Positions 16,077 to 24,898 of a stretch of DNA of 45,627 nt are shown here, one piece after another. A program made the translations under genes and the position numbers. Under the pieces are notes generated by a model that ran no database searches, was not told the origin of the DNA, and worked only from the letters and a program-made list of their open reading frames with translations. This DNA is from a virus (Duplodnaviria > Caudoviricetes): IMG/VR virus record IMGVR_UViG_3300048599_000450, positions 1-45,627 of that record, one strand, 5' to 3'. How positions within the stretch are numbered: position 1 is the first letter of the stretch; each line of letters starts with the position of its first letter.

Positions 16077-16990
16077 CTGCGTCGTTCGAACTCACCGAGC
16101 CGAAGGCGCCGCGCGCCCGCATCCGCCGCGGCGGCTGGTCCTGGGGACCGGTCGAGGGCGCGAAGCTGCGCGTGCTCTCGCTTGGCGCCGGCGTGCAGTC
16201 AACGACCCTTCTCCTGATGGTCGCGCATGGCGAGTTGCCGCCACCCGATCTCGTCGTCTTCGCGGACACCGGCGCCGAGCCGCCCAAGGTGTACGAGCAT
16301 GTTCGGTGGCTTTCGCTGCCGCAAGTACAGAGCTTGCCCATCGTCGCCGTGTCAGCCGGCAGCATCATCGAGGATCTCCGGCGCCAGGCCGGAGGATCGC
16401 CGGCCGGTCCCGGCGGTCGTTCGCCGGCCGCGCCATTCTTTACGACTGGGCGCAGGGGTGCAGCCGCGCCGCTGTCCCGGCAGTGCACCGGCCACTACAA
16501 GATCGAGCCGATTAACCGCGAGATTCGCCGGCGGCTCGGCTTCCGACCGCGCCAGCGGATCCCGGCGGCGTCGGCCGAGGTCTGGATCGGCATAAGCACC
16601 GACGAGGTCGTTCGCGCGGGCGCTGCGATGGAGCCCTGGCTCGTCAACCGCTATCCGCTGCTCGAAGCAAGGATGTCCCGCGTCGATTGTGAGCGCTGGC
16701 TCACCGACCGCGGTTACCCGATCCCCCCTAAGAGCGCCTGCGTGTTCTGTCCCTACCGCACCGATGCTGAATGGCGCCGGCTTCGCGATCAGGACCCGGA
16801 AGGCTGGGCTATAGCCGTCGAGATAGACGCACTGGTGCGTGGCGGGATCAAGCGTAACGACACAGGTACGTCGACCGGCCGCCTCTTCGCGCATCGATCC
16901 CTGAAGCCTCTCGACCAGGTCGACCTCTCAACCCCCGAAGAGCGCGGCCAGGGCATGCTCATGGTCTGCGAAGCGGGGTGCGGGCTGTGA
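16073..16990 (+). CDS. PAPS-reductase-like / adenine nucleotide alpha-hydrolase (PP-loop) Fe-S protein
   Basis: SLGAGVQS PP-loop, FADTG, CTGHYKIEP, KSACVFCPY, terminal CEAGC. TTG start after GAGGT. Confidence 0.85.
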   Translation: MTASFELTEPKAPRARIRRGGWSWGPVEGAKLRVLSLGAGVQSTTLLLMVAHGELPPPDLVVFADTGAEPPKVYEHVRWLSLPQVQSLPIVAVSAGSIIEDLRRQAGGSPAGPGGRSPAAPFFTTGRRGAAAPLSRQCTGHYKIEPINREIRRRLGFRPRQRIPAASAEVWIGISTDEVVRAGAAMEPWLVNRYPLLEARMSRVDCERWLTDRGYPIPPKSACVFCPYRTDAEWRRLRDQDPEGWAIAVEIDALVRGGIKRNDTGTSTGRLFAHRSLKPLDQVDLSTPEERGQGMLMVCEAGCGL

Positions 16991-17991
16991 TCGTCCGCCG
17001 GCGCCGCACCAAGAACTTCACGATCCTCGAGAACGAGGTCTTCGACGACGAGCGCCTGTCGCTCGAGGCGATGGCGCTGCTCGCCTGGTTGCGGTCGCGG
17101 CCGAACGACTGGTCTCTCTCGGTCGAGCAGCTGCGCACCCGCTTCAAGGTCGGCATCAACAAGATGCACAACCTGGTGCGCGAACTCGTCGAGCTCGGCT
17201 GGGTAACGCGCGAACGCAAGCGCGACCCCGTCACCAAGAGCTTCATTGGCATGGAATATGTGGTGCTGGACGAGGCGGCAGAGCCAACATCTGGTGCCGA
17301 CGAGCCCGAGCCATCTCATGAAAATCATGACGTGGCTCAGCCGACGTTCCCGCTTTGTGCCGAGCCACGTCATGATTTGCCAGACGTGGCAAATCATGAC
17401 GAAGTAATAAGAACTGAATCTAACCCAGAACTAAAACACACCCCCTTACCCCCGCAGCAGCAGCGGGCCGAAGAGGGTGTGGCCGGATCGATTCTCGACC
17501 AGGTGAAGATCAGAACGGCCGAACCCGAGCCGCCGCCGGCGCGCTGGATCGACCTTGCCGGGATCTGGCCCTGGGAGGACGGCGAGTCCCGCATCCAGGC
17601 CGAGGGCCGGTTCGAGGCGCTCGACCGGGCAAGCCGGCGGCATGTGCTGGTCGCGGCGCCGGCCTATCTCCGGGCCATGACGCTCGGGCCGCGGACGAAA
17701 CGCTGCCACCTGAAGACTTTCATCGCGGACCGGCTCTACCTCGATTATCCGGCCGAGGGCGAGGCGCCCAGACCGCTACCGAAACAGGTCTTCGTCGTCG
17801 TCGGCACGCAGGAGTTCGCGGCATGGGACCGGGCCTACAGGGCCGCCGGCCGGCCGGGCATGCCGAGCGCAGCCCGACACGAGAACCGGCAGGGCTGGTG
17901 GCGGCCGGCGCTGTATCCGCCGCCCGATTGGAGCTATGAGCGGGAGATGGCCGAGCGCCGAGCCCGCGACGGGCCGGAGCGCGCGGCCTGA
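16987..17991 (+). CDS. Phage replication initiator (N-terminal wHTH)
   Basis: NFTILENEVFDDERLSLEAMALLAWLRSRPNDW...RELVELGWV, typical of phage replisome organisers; internal repeats. Confidence 0.85.
   Translation: MIVRRRRTKNFTILENEVFDDERLSLEAMALLAWLRSRPNDWSLSVEQLRTRFKVGINKMHNLVRELVELGWVTRERKRDPVTKSFIGMEYVVLDEAAEPTSGADEPEPSHENHDVAQPTFPLCAEPRHDLPDVANHDEVIRTESNPELKHTPLPPQQQRAEEGVAGSILDQVKIRTAEPEPPPARWIDLAGIWPWEDGESRIQAEGRFEALDRASRRHVLVAAPAYLRAMTLGPRTKRCHLKTFIADRLYLDYPAEGEAPRPLPKQVFVVVGTQEFAAWDRAYRAAGRPGMPSAARHENRQGWWRPALYPPPDWSYEREMAERRARDGPERAA
17322..17440. repeat. Interlocking inverted repeats plus A-rich tract (probable replication origin)
   Basis: 17-bp perfect IR 17322-17338/17362-17378 and 15-bp perfect IR 17368-17382/17387-17401, followed by an A-rich tract. 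Confidence 0.75.
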
Positions 17992-18032
17992 CGAAGTAGA
18001 CCCCGGGGCTGAACCATGGGGACCTTGATGCG

Positions 18033-18770
18033 GTGGCAGAGACGACGAAACGAGCGGGGCGCAAGCGCAAGGACCCCTTGAAAGTCCGGCGCGACAAGGC
18101 TGGTCGCATCCTGGAGACTGCCGCCCGCACAGGCGGCGAACAGAAGCGCCAAGCTCAGGCCCAGCGCTTCCGCCAGCTCGGCGCCGAGGGCGTACTCGAT
18201 CCGAGGCTCGGCTCGACCCTCGGACTGATGTTCGTGCTTGGCGTGCCGGTGAAGATCGGCCCGCAGGAATATGACGCGGCAAGCTGGCTGGCCGATCGGC
18301 TCAAGGCCTATGACGAGCTGGTGCTGGCTCTGCGCCGCTCGCCACCCTCGAACGCCATGGAGCGCGGAACCGGCGGCACGCGCCTCAACCCGCTTGAGCT
18401 CGAAGCGAGCATGCGCAAGGGGCGGCTCGAGCCTGACGAGATCAAGCTCCACGGCGCGGCGCTCGCCATGGCCGAGCAGGTCGCGCATCTGCGCAAGGAG
18501 ATCGACGATGCAAAGGCGGCGATGGGCGGCGGCACGCTCGCTCGTGTCCGCTGGGAGGCGCTGACCGCCGCCTGCCGCAGCGAAGGACTGCCGACGCCGC
18601 ACATGCTTCGCCATTTCGTCGAAGCGGCCGTTGAGCTCGCCTGGGCTGGCGGCTTCTACGAGAAGAAGCGGCGCAGGGCCAAGAACCCGCGTGTCGCCTG
18701 GGGCCATGACGTAAACGCCGTCGAGATCATCCGCGTGGTGCATGGGGGTGGCGATGGCGAGAAAGCCTGA
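18033..18770 (+). CDS. Hypothetical protein (late-regulator position)
   Basis: Basic N-terminus AGRKRK; lies between replication and packaging genes. Confidence 0.7.
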   Translation: MAETTKRAGRKRKDPLKVRRDKAGRILETAARTGGEQKRQAQAQRFRQLGAEGVLDPRLGSTLGLMFVLGVPVKIGPQEYDAASWLADRLKAYDELVLALRRSPPSNAMERGTGGTRLNPLELEASMRKGRLEPDEIKLHGAALAMAEQVAHLRKEIDDAKAAMGGGTLARVRWEALTAACRSEGLPTPHMLRHFVEAAVELAWAGGFYEKKRRRAKNPRVAWGHDVNAVEIIRVVHGGGDGEKA

Positions 18771-19383
18771 GCGCTCCAAGGTCGTGCTGCCGGAGCTCGA
18801 GCGCAGCACCCGCAATGTCCGCGACCTAAAGCCTTACGCGATGAACGCGCGCACGCACACGGCCGAGCAGGTCGAGCGCATCGCGGCGTCGATGGTCCGC
18901 TTCGGCTGGACCAATGCCGTGCTGATCAAGGGCGAGGACGACACCATCCTCGCCGGCCACGGCCGTGTGCTCGCCGGCGACCTGCTCGGCATCGAGGAGG
19001 CGCCCGTCGTGATCGCGCGCGGCTGGTCGGAGGAGATGATCCGCGCCTATGTCCTCGCCGACAACAAACTGGCGCTCGATGCCGGCTGGGACGACGAACT
19101 CCTGAAGGCCGAGCTCGCCGCGCTCGAGGCGGCCGAGTTCGATATGGCGCTAACCGGCTTCAGCGAGGGCGAGCTCGAGGAAATCCTGCGCGCGGAGCAG
19201 GAAGCTGACGAGGGCCAGGACGAGGAGGAAGACGAGCCCGAGCAGACTTGCGCCCAGTGCGGGCGCGTGGTCGTCCCCGACAAGGACCTCACCCGCAAGG
19301 CCAAGCAACGGCGCCAGCGTAGGGGCGAGGCCGCGCGAGGCGGCCGTGCAGGCGATTCGCATGGGGATGGTGATGAGCGGTAA
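18754..19383 (+). CDS. ParB/Srx N-terminal domain protein
   Basis: LKPYAMNARTH...IAASMVRFGWT...ILAGHGRV...AYVLADNKLALDAGWD, followed by an acidic tract and CAQC. Confidence 0.9.
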   Translation: MARKPERSKVVLPELERSTRNVRDLKPYAMNARTHTAEQVERIAASMVRFGWTNAVLIKGEDDTILAGHGRVLAGDLLGIEEAPVVIARGWSEEMIRAYVLADNKLALDAGWDDELLKAELAALEAAEFDMALTGFSEGELEEILRAEQEADEGQDEEEDEPEQTCAQCGRVVVPDKDLTRKAKQRRQRRGEAARGGRAGDSHGDGDER

Positions 19384-19728
19384 CAGCGCGAAACGCCCGG
19401 ACCGGGCGGGGTCGGTATTGGCGCGGGCGGGGCTGGTAGGCGGCGCTGACGTTGTTCTGTCGATAGTTACGATAGAGGCGATAACCCACTGCTTGCGCTT
19501 GCCAATTCGACATCGCATGGGCGATGAGAAATGCAGCGTGAAGTTCTGTGCGCCTCGCTTCGCCCGCCGCGCTCAGCCTTCCTCTCGACGAGCAGCGTGG
19601 ATTCAGCCCCGGCGCTGCTCGCTTCGTTTCCCGGAGAACCAGCCGATGCATACGGTCCGTCTGCCCAGATGTGGCAGGGGCGCCGCGGGCATCGGCTGGC
19701 CTGCGTTCAAGGCCTCGCGAGGGGCCGC

Positions 19729-19776
19729 GGGTCCTTCCCGAGGGGGTGGGGGCTACGGAGCGCGCAGCACCCCGCG
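19729..19776 (+). other. Probable cos packaging site (cosQ/cosN-like)
   Basis: GGGTCCT (lambda cosQ sequence) at 19729-19735, then TACG...CGCG, ~60-110 bp upstream of the small terminase. Confidence 0.6.
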
Positions 19777-19838
19777 GTATCACTCAAGTTATCGCGGCAT
19801 AGGGGGTTCCGCCGCCAAAATCGGGGGCCGGTGATGCG

Positions 19839-20351
19839 ATGGCGTCGCCGCCGAAACCCCCGGGTGTCGACGAGCTGACCCTCGCGAAGCTGCTGGATTG
19901 CTCGGATCGCAACGTCCGCGATCTCGCCAAACGCGGCCTCGTCATCAAGATCGCACCAGGCAGGTACGATCTGAGCAAGTCGGTGCAGACCTACGTCAAG
20001 CACTTGCGCGGCCAGGCCGCCGGCCACCGGTCCGGCGAGGACGACCTGGTCGCCGAGCGCGCCCGCCTCACCAGGGCCCAGGCCGAACGGGTCGAGCGCG
20101 ACAATGCGATCGCACGGGGCGAGGCGATCGAGGTCGAGGCGATCGCCCCCGCGCTCGAGCGTATCGTCCGGTCGGTGCAGCTCTCGTTGCTGGCGGCGCC
20201 GGCGAAAGCCGCCAGCCGCCTGCCGCATCTGACCCGGGCGGATATCGGCGTTATCGACGCGATCCTCCGCGATGCGTTGGCCGACGCGTCGGTCGAGAAG
20301 CTGCAGGAGGCGGCCGACACCGCCCGCAAGGCTCGAAAAGCGAGGAAGTGA
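19839..20351 (+). CDS. Terminase small subunit (Nu1-like)
   Basis: wHTH LAKLLDCSDRNVRDL...GRYDLSKSVQTY; ERARLTRAQAE coiled coil. Confidence 0.88.
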   Translation: MASPPKPPGVDELTLAKLLDCSDRNVRDLAKRGLVIKIAPGRYDLSKSVQTYVKHLRGQAAGHRSGEDDLVAERARLTRAQAERVERDNAIARGEAIEVEAIAPALERIVRSVQLSLLAAPAKAASRLPHLTRADIGVIDAILRDALADASVEKLQEAADTARKARKARK

Positions 20352-22210
20352 CGAAACACGTTTCGGCCGAGGACCTGCTCGTCGAGCGGGTGCTCTCGCT
20401 GTTCGCCCCACCGCCGCGCCTGTCCCTGGCGGACTGGGCGGCGGACAACTTCAGACTGGCGGAACGGGCCTCGGCCGAGCCTGGCCGTTTCACGCCGTGG
20501 CCCTATCAGCGCTTCATCCTCGACGCGATCGGGGATCCCGCGATCGAGCGGGTAACGGTGCTGAAGGCTGCCCGCGTCGGCTTCACCAAGTGCCTGATGG
20601 CGGCGATCGGCGCCTCGGCTGCGACGCAGCCGGCCTCGATCATCCTGCTGGTGCCGACCGACGACGACGCCCGCGGCTTCGCGGTCGACGAGGTCGAGCC
20701 GGCCTTTCAGGAATCGCCGGCGCTGGCCGGCCTGTTGCGGACGGGCCGGAACGACGGCCGCAACACCATGGTGATGAAGGCCTTTGCCGGCGGCGGATCG
20801 CTCAAGATCCTGGCCGCGCGAAGCCCGCGCAACCTGCGCCGTCACGACGCGAAGCGCCTCTTCATCGACGAGGCCGACGCGATGGAGGTGACGGTCGAGG
20901 GCGACGCCATCGCTCTCGCCATCAAGCGAACCTTCGGCCATGCCGATCGCAAGATCGTCATGGGATCGACCCCGACGCTCGAGAACATCTCGAACGTCGA
21001 GAAGAGCTGGAAGCTCTCGAACCAGACGGTGTTCGAGTGCCCCTGCCCCCAGTGCGGCGAATTCTTCGAGCTGCAGTGGGAACAGCTGAAATGGGACGCC
21101 GGCAAGCCCGAAACCGTCCATCTGGTCTGCCCCTGCTCAGGCTGCATCATCCAGCACGAGCAGAAGGCCGGGATGATCAAAGGCATGCGGGCCCGCCCGC
21201 TGAGGCCCGAGATCAAGGACCATGTCGGTTTCCGGCTTTCGGCGCTGATCTCGCTCTTCGCCAACGCCGCCTGGCACAAGCTGGTCGCCGAGTTCGAGAC
21301 GGCGAAGGCCGCCGGGCCGAGCGAGATGCAGGTGTTCGTCAACACCGTGCTCGGCCGGCCGTTCAGGCTGACTCAGGCGCAGGTCGACGAAGACACCCTG
21401 ATGGCCCGGGCCGAGGAGTTCGGCCTCGCCTTTCATCAGGATCGCGGCTCCTGGGATGCGCGGCTGCCCGCCGAGGCGCTGTACATCACCGCCGGCGTCG
21501 ACGTGCAGCATGATCGTCTCGAGGTCGGCCTCTGGGGCTGGTGCCTGGGCGGCGTCCAGGCGCTCGGCCACGAGGTGCTGACCGGCGACACGAATTTCCC
21601 GGAGGTATGGGAAGAACTCGACACGCTGCTGCAGCAGCGTTGGGCGCACCCATTCGGCGGGACAATCGGCGTCGAGGTTGCCTGTATTGACGCAGGCGAT
21701 TCCTCCGGGCGCCAGCGCAGCGAGCGCCTCATGGCCTTTGCGATGGCCCGGCACGGGAGTTGCCGGACCTATGCGATCAAGGGGGCGTCGAACCCGCAGA
21801 CCGAGCCGGTGAAGCGGGCTGCCAAGCTGAAAATGCCGGGCAAGCTCTTCCTGCTCGCGACCGAGCAGTTCAAGGCCGACCTTTGGTCCCGCCTCGAGCT
21901 GCCGACGCCGCAACCCGGGTGGATGCGCTTCTCGAAGGCCTTCGCCCGCGAATGGTTCGAGCAGCTGCTCTCCGAGCCGCCCCAGATCGTTTATCGCCGC
22001 GGCCGCCCGGAACGTGAGTTCGTGCGGATCCCGAACCGCCGGGCCGAGGTGATGGACTGCTTCGTCTACGCCGCGGCCGCCCGCCACTTCTTCCGACCCG
22101 ATTGGGAACGCCGAGCGGCCGAGCTCGCCGCCGCTTCCGGGTCGGTGATCAAGAAACCCGATGCAACCGCCAAGGCGCGCGAGCTCGCCGAGCTCCTGCG
22201 CCGAAAGTGA
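20348..22210 (+). CDS. Terminase large subunit (lambda GpA family)
   Basis: KAARVGFT Walker A, FIDEAD, GSTP, CPQC, AGVDVQ, EVMDC. Confidence 0.96.
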   Translation: MTKHVSAEDLLVERVLSLFAPPPRLSLADWAADNFRLAERASAEPGRFTPWPYQRFILDAIGDPAIERVTVLKAARVGFTKCLMAAIGASAATQPASIILLVPTDDDARGFAVDEVEPAFQESPALAGLLRTGRNDGRNTMVMKAFAGGGSLKILAARSPRNLRRHDAKRLFIDEADAMEVTVEGDAIALAIKRTFGHADRKIVMGSTPTLENISNVEKSWKLSNQTVFECPCPQCGEFFELQWEQLKWDAGKPETVHLVCPCSGCIIQHEQKAGMIKGMRARPLRPEIKDHVGFRLSALISLFANAAWHKLVAEFETAKAAGPSEMQVFVNTVLGRPFRLTQAQVDEDTLMARAEEFGLAFHQDRGSWDARLPAEALYITAGVDVQHDRLEVGLWGWCLGGVQALGHEVLTGDTNFPEVWEELDTLLQQRWAHPFGGTIGVEVACIDAGDSSGRQRSERLMAFAMARHGSCRTYAIKGASNPQTEPVKRAAKLKMPGKLFLLATEQFKADLWSRLELPTPQPGWMRFSKAFAREWFEQLLSEPPQIVYRRGRPEREFVRIPNRRAEVMDCFVYAAAARHFFRPDWERRAAELAAASGSVIKKPDATAKARELAELLRRK

Positions 22211-22216
22211 GGCTTC

Positions 22217-22393
22217 ATGTGCAACTGTACCCAGCGCCGCACCGATATCGCTGCCGGCGCCCGCGCCGTGCTGCGCGGCGACTATGACGAGGCGAAGCGC
22301 CGGGCCGCCGAGGTCGCTCGCTCCGCCCGCGTCGATCTCGAGCACGCGCGGCAGGCCATGGCGACCCGCGCATTCGGGCTGATCCGTCGCTGA
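22217..22393 (+). CDS. Small hypothetical protein (58 aa)
   Basis: Read by hand: MCNCTQRRTDIAAG...FGLIRR*, GAGG RBS, TGATG overlap with the next gene. Confidence 0.65.
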   Translation: MCNCTQRRTDIAAGARAVLRGDYDEAKRRAAEVARSARVDLEHARQAMATRAFGLIRR

Positions 22394-23040
22394 TGGCGGT
22401 TTTCCTGGCACAGCGGTCCGGCGTCCTCGCCGCGACCGATAGCCTCCGGACCGGGAAGAACGCCATCGCGGGCGGTTCGGGCCTGGTCATCGACATGAAC
22501 GCGGCCGGGCTCGCGCCGATTGCGGAGGCCTTCCGCCGCGCCGCCGCATTGTCGCCGGTCGCGGTCGCGCGTGCGCTCAACTCGACCAACGCCAAGGTGA
22601 TGACCCAGGTCGTCCGCGTCCTGCCGAAGCAAACCGGTCTGAAAGCTGGCCGGATCCGCGCAGCCCTTCGGAAGGAGTTCGCCAGTCCTGGTCGTCTCGT
22701 CGCAGCGGTACAGGCGCGTGGGCCCTATCACAAGCTGAAGGAGTTCGGGCCGCGCGAGACACGTAAGGGTGTCTCCGCAGCACCGTGGGGCAAGCGCCAG
22801 GTGTTCGACGGCGCCTTTACGCACGGCGGTAAGTTCCCGAGCCGGGTCGCGCTGGCCATGGGCGGCCACGTGTTCAAGCGCCTCAGCAAGAAGCGGCTGA
22901 AGATCGCGATTACCTACGGCCCCGCGATCCCCGTCGAGATGGTGCAGGACGCCAGCAAGGCGGCTTTCGAAGCCGCGGTCGCGGCTCATTTGCCTGTCGA
23001 CCTGAACCGGGCTCTCGGCTCGGTGCTGCGGGGCTTCTGA
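22393..23040 (+). CDS. Lambda gpZ-like minor tail protein
   Basis: ARALN...KQTGLK...LKEFGPRETRKGVSAAPWGKR...GHVFKR...GPAIP. Confidence 0.75.
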   Translation: MAVFLAQRSGVLAATDSLRTGKNAIAGGSGLVIDMNAAGLAPIAEAFRRAAALSPVAVARALNSTNAKVMTQVVRVLPKQTGLKAGRIRAALRKEFASPGRLVAAVQARGPYHKLKEFGPRETRKGVSAAPWGKRQVFDGAFTHGGKFPSRVALAMGGHVFKRLSKKRLKIAITYGPAIPVEMVQDASKAAFEAAVAAHLPVDLNRALGSVLRGF

Positions 23041-23288
23041 TGTCGTTGACCCCGGAACAGACCGCGGAACTGATGGGGCGCCTGCAGGAGGCGAAGGCAG
23101 CGCGCCATAGCCTGCTGACGCAGGGCGCCATCACCAGGACACTCTCGAAGTCCCTGGACTCGGTGCAGGAGATGCAGACGACGCCGGCGAAGCTCGCCGA
23201 GCTGGAGCGCTACATCCTCGAACTCGAGCGCGACCTCGGTCTCGAGCCTTCCATCCGCCGCGAGCGGTCGCGCAGGGTGATCTTCTAG
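23040..23288 (+). CDS. gpW-like head-tail joining protein
   Basis: EAKAARHSLLT...LERYILELERDLG; immediately precedes the portal. Confidence 0.75.
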   Translation: MSLTPEQTAELMGRLQEAKAARHSLLTQGAITRTLSKSLDSVQEMQTTPAKLAELERYILELERDLGLEPSIRRERSRRVIF

Positions 23289-24898
23289 TGGCGGCCCCCG
23301 CCCTGGTCGACACCCACGGCCAGCCCTTGCGAGCCTATCCGATCGGGCGTGACCGGCCGCATACCGCGGCGTCGCGGACGCACCCGGATCTGCTCGGCTG
23401 GCGACCGCCCCGCGTCGCGAGCCGCGCCGCGATCGCCTGGGACCGGGCCGAGGTCAACGCCCGCGTCCACGATCTCGCCCGCAATGACGGGTGGGCCTCG
23501 GGTGGTGTCAGCCGCGTCGTCGACTCTATCATCGGCGCCGGCTGGCGCTGCTCGTCCACGCCGAACGCTCAGCGGCTCGGCATCTCAGAGGACCAGGCCG
23601 AACAGGTCGCGACCCAGATCGAGGCCGTCTGGACCGACTACGCCACGGACCCCGGCAACTGGTGCGACGCCGAACGACGCCGTCCGGTCGGTGGCCAGAT
23701 CGCCCTCGCCTTCCGGCATTTCATGTGGGACGGCGAGGCTCTCGGCGTGCTGCGCTGGCGGCGCTCGAATGCCCCCTGGCGGACCGCCCTGCAGATCATC
23801 GATCCCGACCGGCTGAGCAATCCGCACGGCCAGCCCGACAGCGAGGTGCTTTATCAGGGCGTCGAACTCGGCGGCTGGGGCGAGCCGCTCGCCTACCACA
23901 TCGGCATTCGCCACCCCGGCGATCATGCCGTGACCACGGCCTTCAACCGGCACGAGCGGATCGAGCGCGAGACCGATTGGGGCCGCGCGATCGTCCTGCA
24001 TCATTTTGAGGCGGAGCGCGCCGGCGAGGTCCGTGGCATCTCCCGCCTCAAGACGGTGGTGAAGAAGCTCAAGATGGTCGGCCGCTACGATGAGGCCGAG
24101 CTGCAGGCGGCGGTTCTGAACGCGACTCTCGCCGCCTTCCTGAAATCCGACTTCGACCACAAGGCGCTGCTCGACTCGCTGGGACAGGTCGACGGCGAGA
24201 CGATCGCGGGCGGCATCGACGCCTACAACCAGGGACGCCTGAACTACTGGCGCGACACCTCGATCGACTTGCCGGGCGTAAAGGTCACCTCGCTCTACAC
24301 GAACGAGGACATCGTCTTTCCGAACGCCGCGCGGCCCGCCGCACAGTTCGAGCCGTTCATCCGTGCCTGCCTGCGCAACATCGCGACCGCGATCGGCACC
24401 ACCTACGAGCAGCTCTCAATGGACTGGAGCCAGGTGAACTACTCGTCGGCGCGCGCCGCGTTGCTCGAGGTCTGGCGTGGCTTCTACGCCCGCCAGTGGT
24501 TCTTCGGCCATGGCTTCCTGGCGCCCTGGTTCGCCGCGGTGATCGAGGAAGCCGTCGACGTCGGCCGGATCGTGCTGCCCGCAGGTGCTCCGTCGTTCCA
24601 GGAGGCGCGCGCCGCCTGGTGCGCCGCGCGCTGGGTCGGCCCCGGCCGTGGCTGGGTCGATCCGCTCAAGGAAGCCCAGGCAGCGGAGAAGCGCCTGCAG
24701 ACCGGGATCTCGACGCTCGAGCGCGAGACGGCCGAGCAAGGCGGGGACTGGCAGGAAAACATGCAGCAGCAGGCGCGCGAGAACGCCTACGCCAAGCGCA
24801 AGGGCCTGCCCCTGCCGCATGTCGAACAGAAGCCGCTTCAGCCAGGCCCAGCTCGCGAAGACGCGCCAGCCGAGGATCCCGAGAAGGAGCCGGCATGA
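23288..24898 (+). CDS. Portal protein, lambda family
   Basis: DLARND, DPDRL, GEVRGIS, YEQLSMDWSQVNYSSARA, GWVDPLKE. Confidence 0.96.
   Translation: MAAPALVDTHGQPLRAYPIGRDRPHTAASRTHPDLLGWRPPRVASRAAIAWDRAEVNARVHDLARNDGWASGGVSRVVDSIIGAGWRCSSTPNAQRLGISEDQAEQVATQIEAVWTDYATDPGNWCDAERRRPVGGQIALAFRHFMWDGEALGVLRWRRSNAPWRTALQIIDPDRLSNPHGQPDSEVLYQGVELGGWGEPLAYHIGIRHPGDHAVTTAFNRHERIERETDWGRAIVLHHFEAERAGEVRGISRLKTVVKKLKMVGRYDEAELQAAVLNATLAAFLKSDFDHKALLDSLGQVDGETIAGGIDAYNQGRLNYWRDTSIDLPGVKVTSLYTNEDIVFPNAARPAAQFEPFIRACLRNIATAIGTTYEQLSMDWSQVNYSSARAALLEVWRGFYARQWFFGHGFLAPWFAAVIEEAVDVGRIVLPAGAPSFQEARAAWCAARWVGPGRGWVDPLKEAQAAEKRLQTGISTLERETAEQGGDWQENMQQQARENAYAKRKGLPLPHVEQKPLQPGPAREDAPAEDPEKEPA

Noticed and set aside
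19346-19878. ORFs of 84-164 aa in the gap before the small terminase
   Set aside because: No RBS, coupling or recognisable motif such as HNH; better explained as a non-coding cos/late-leader region.
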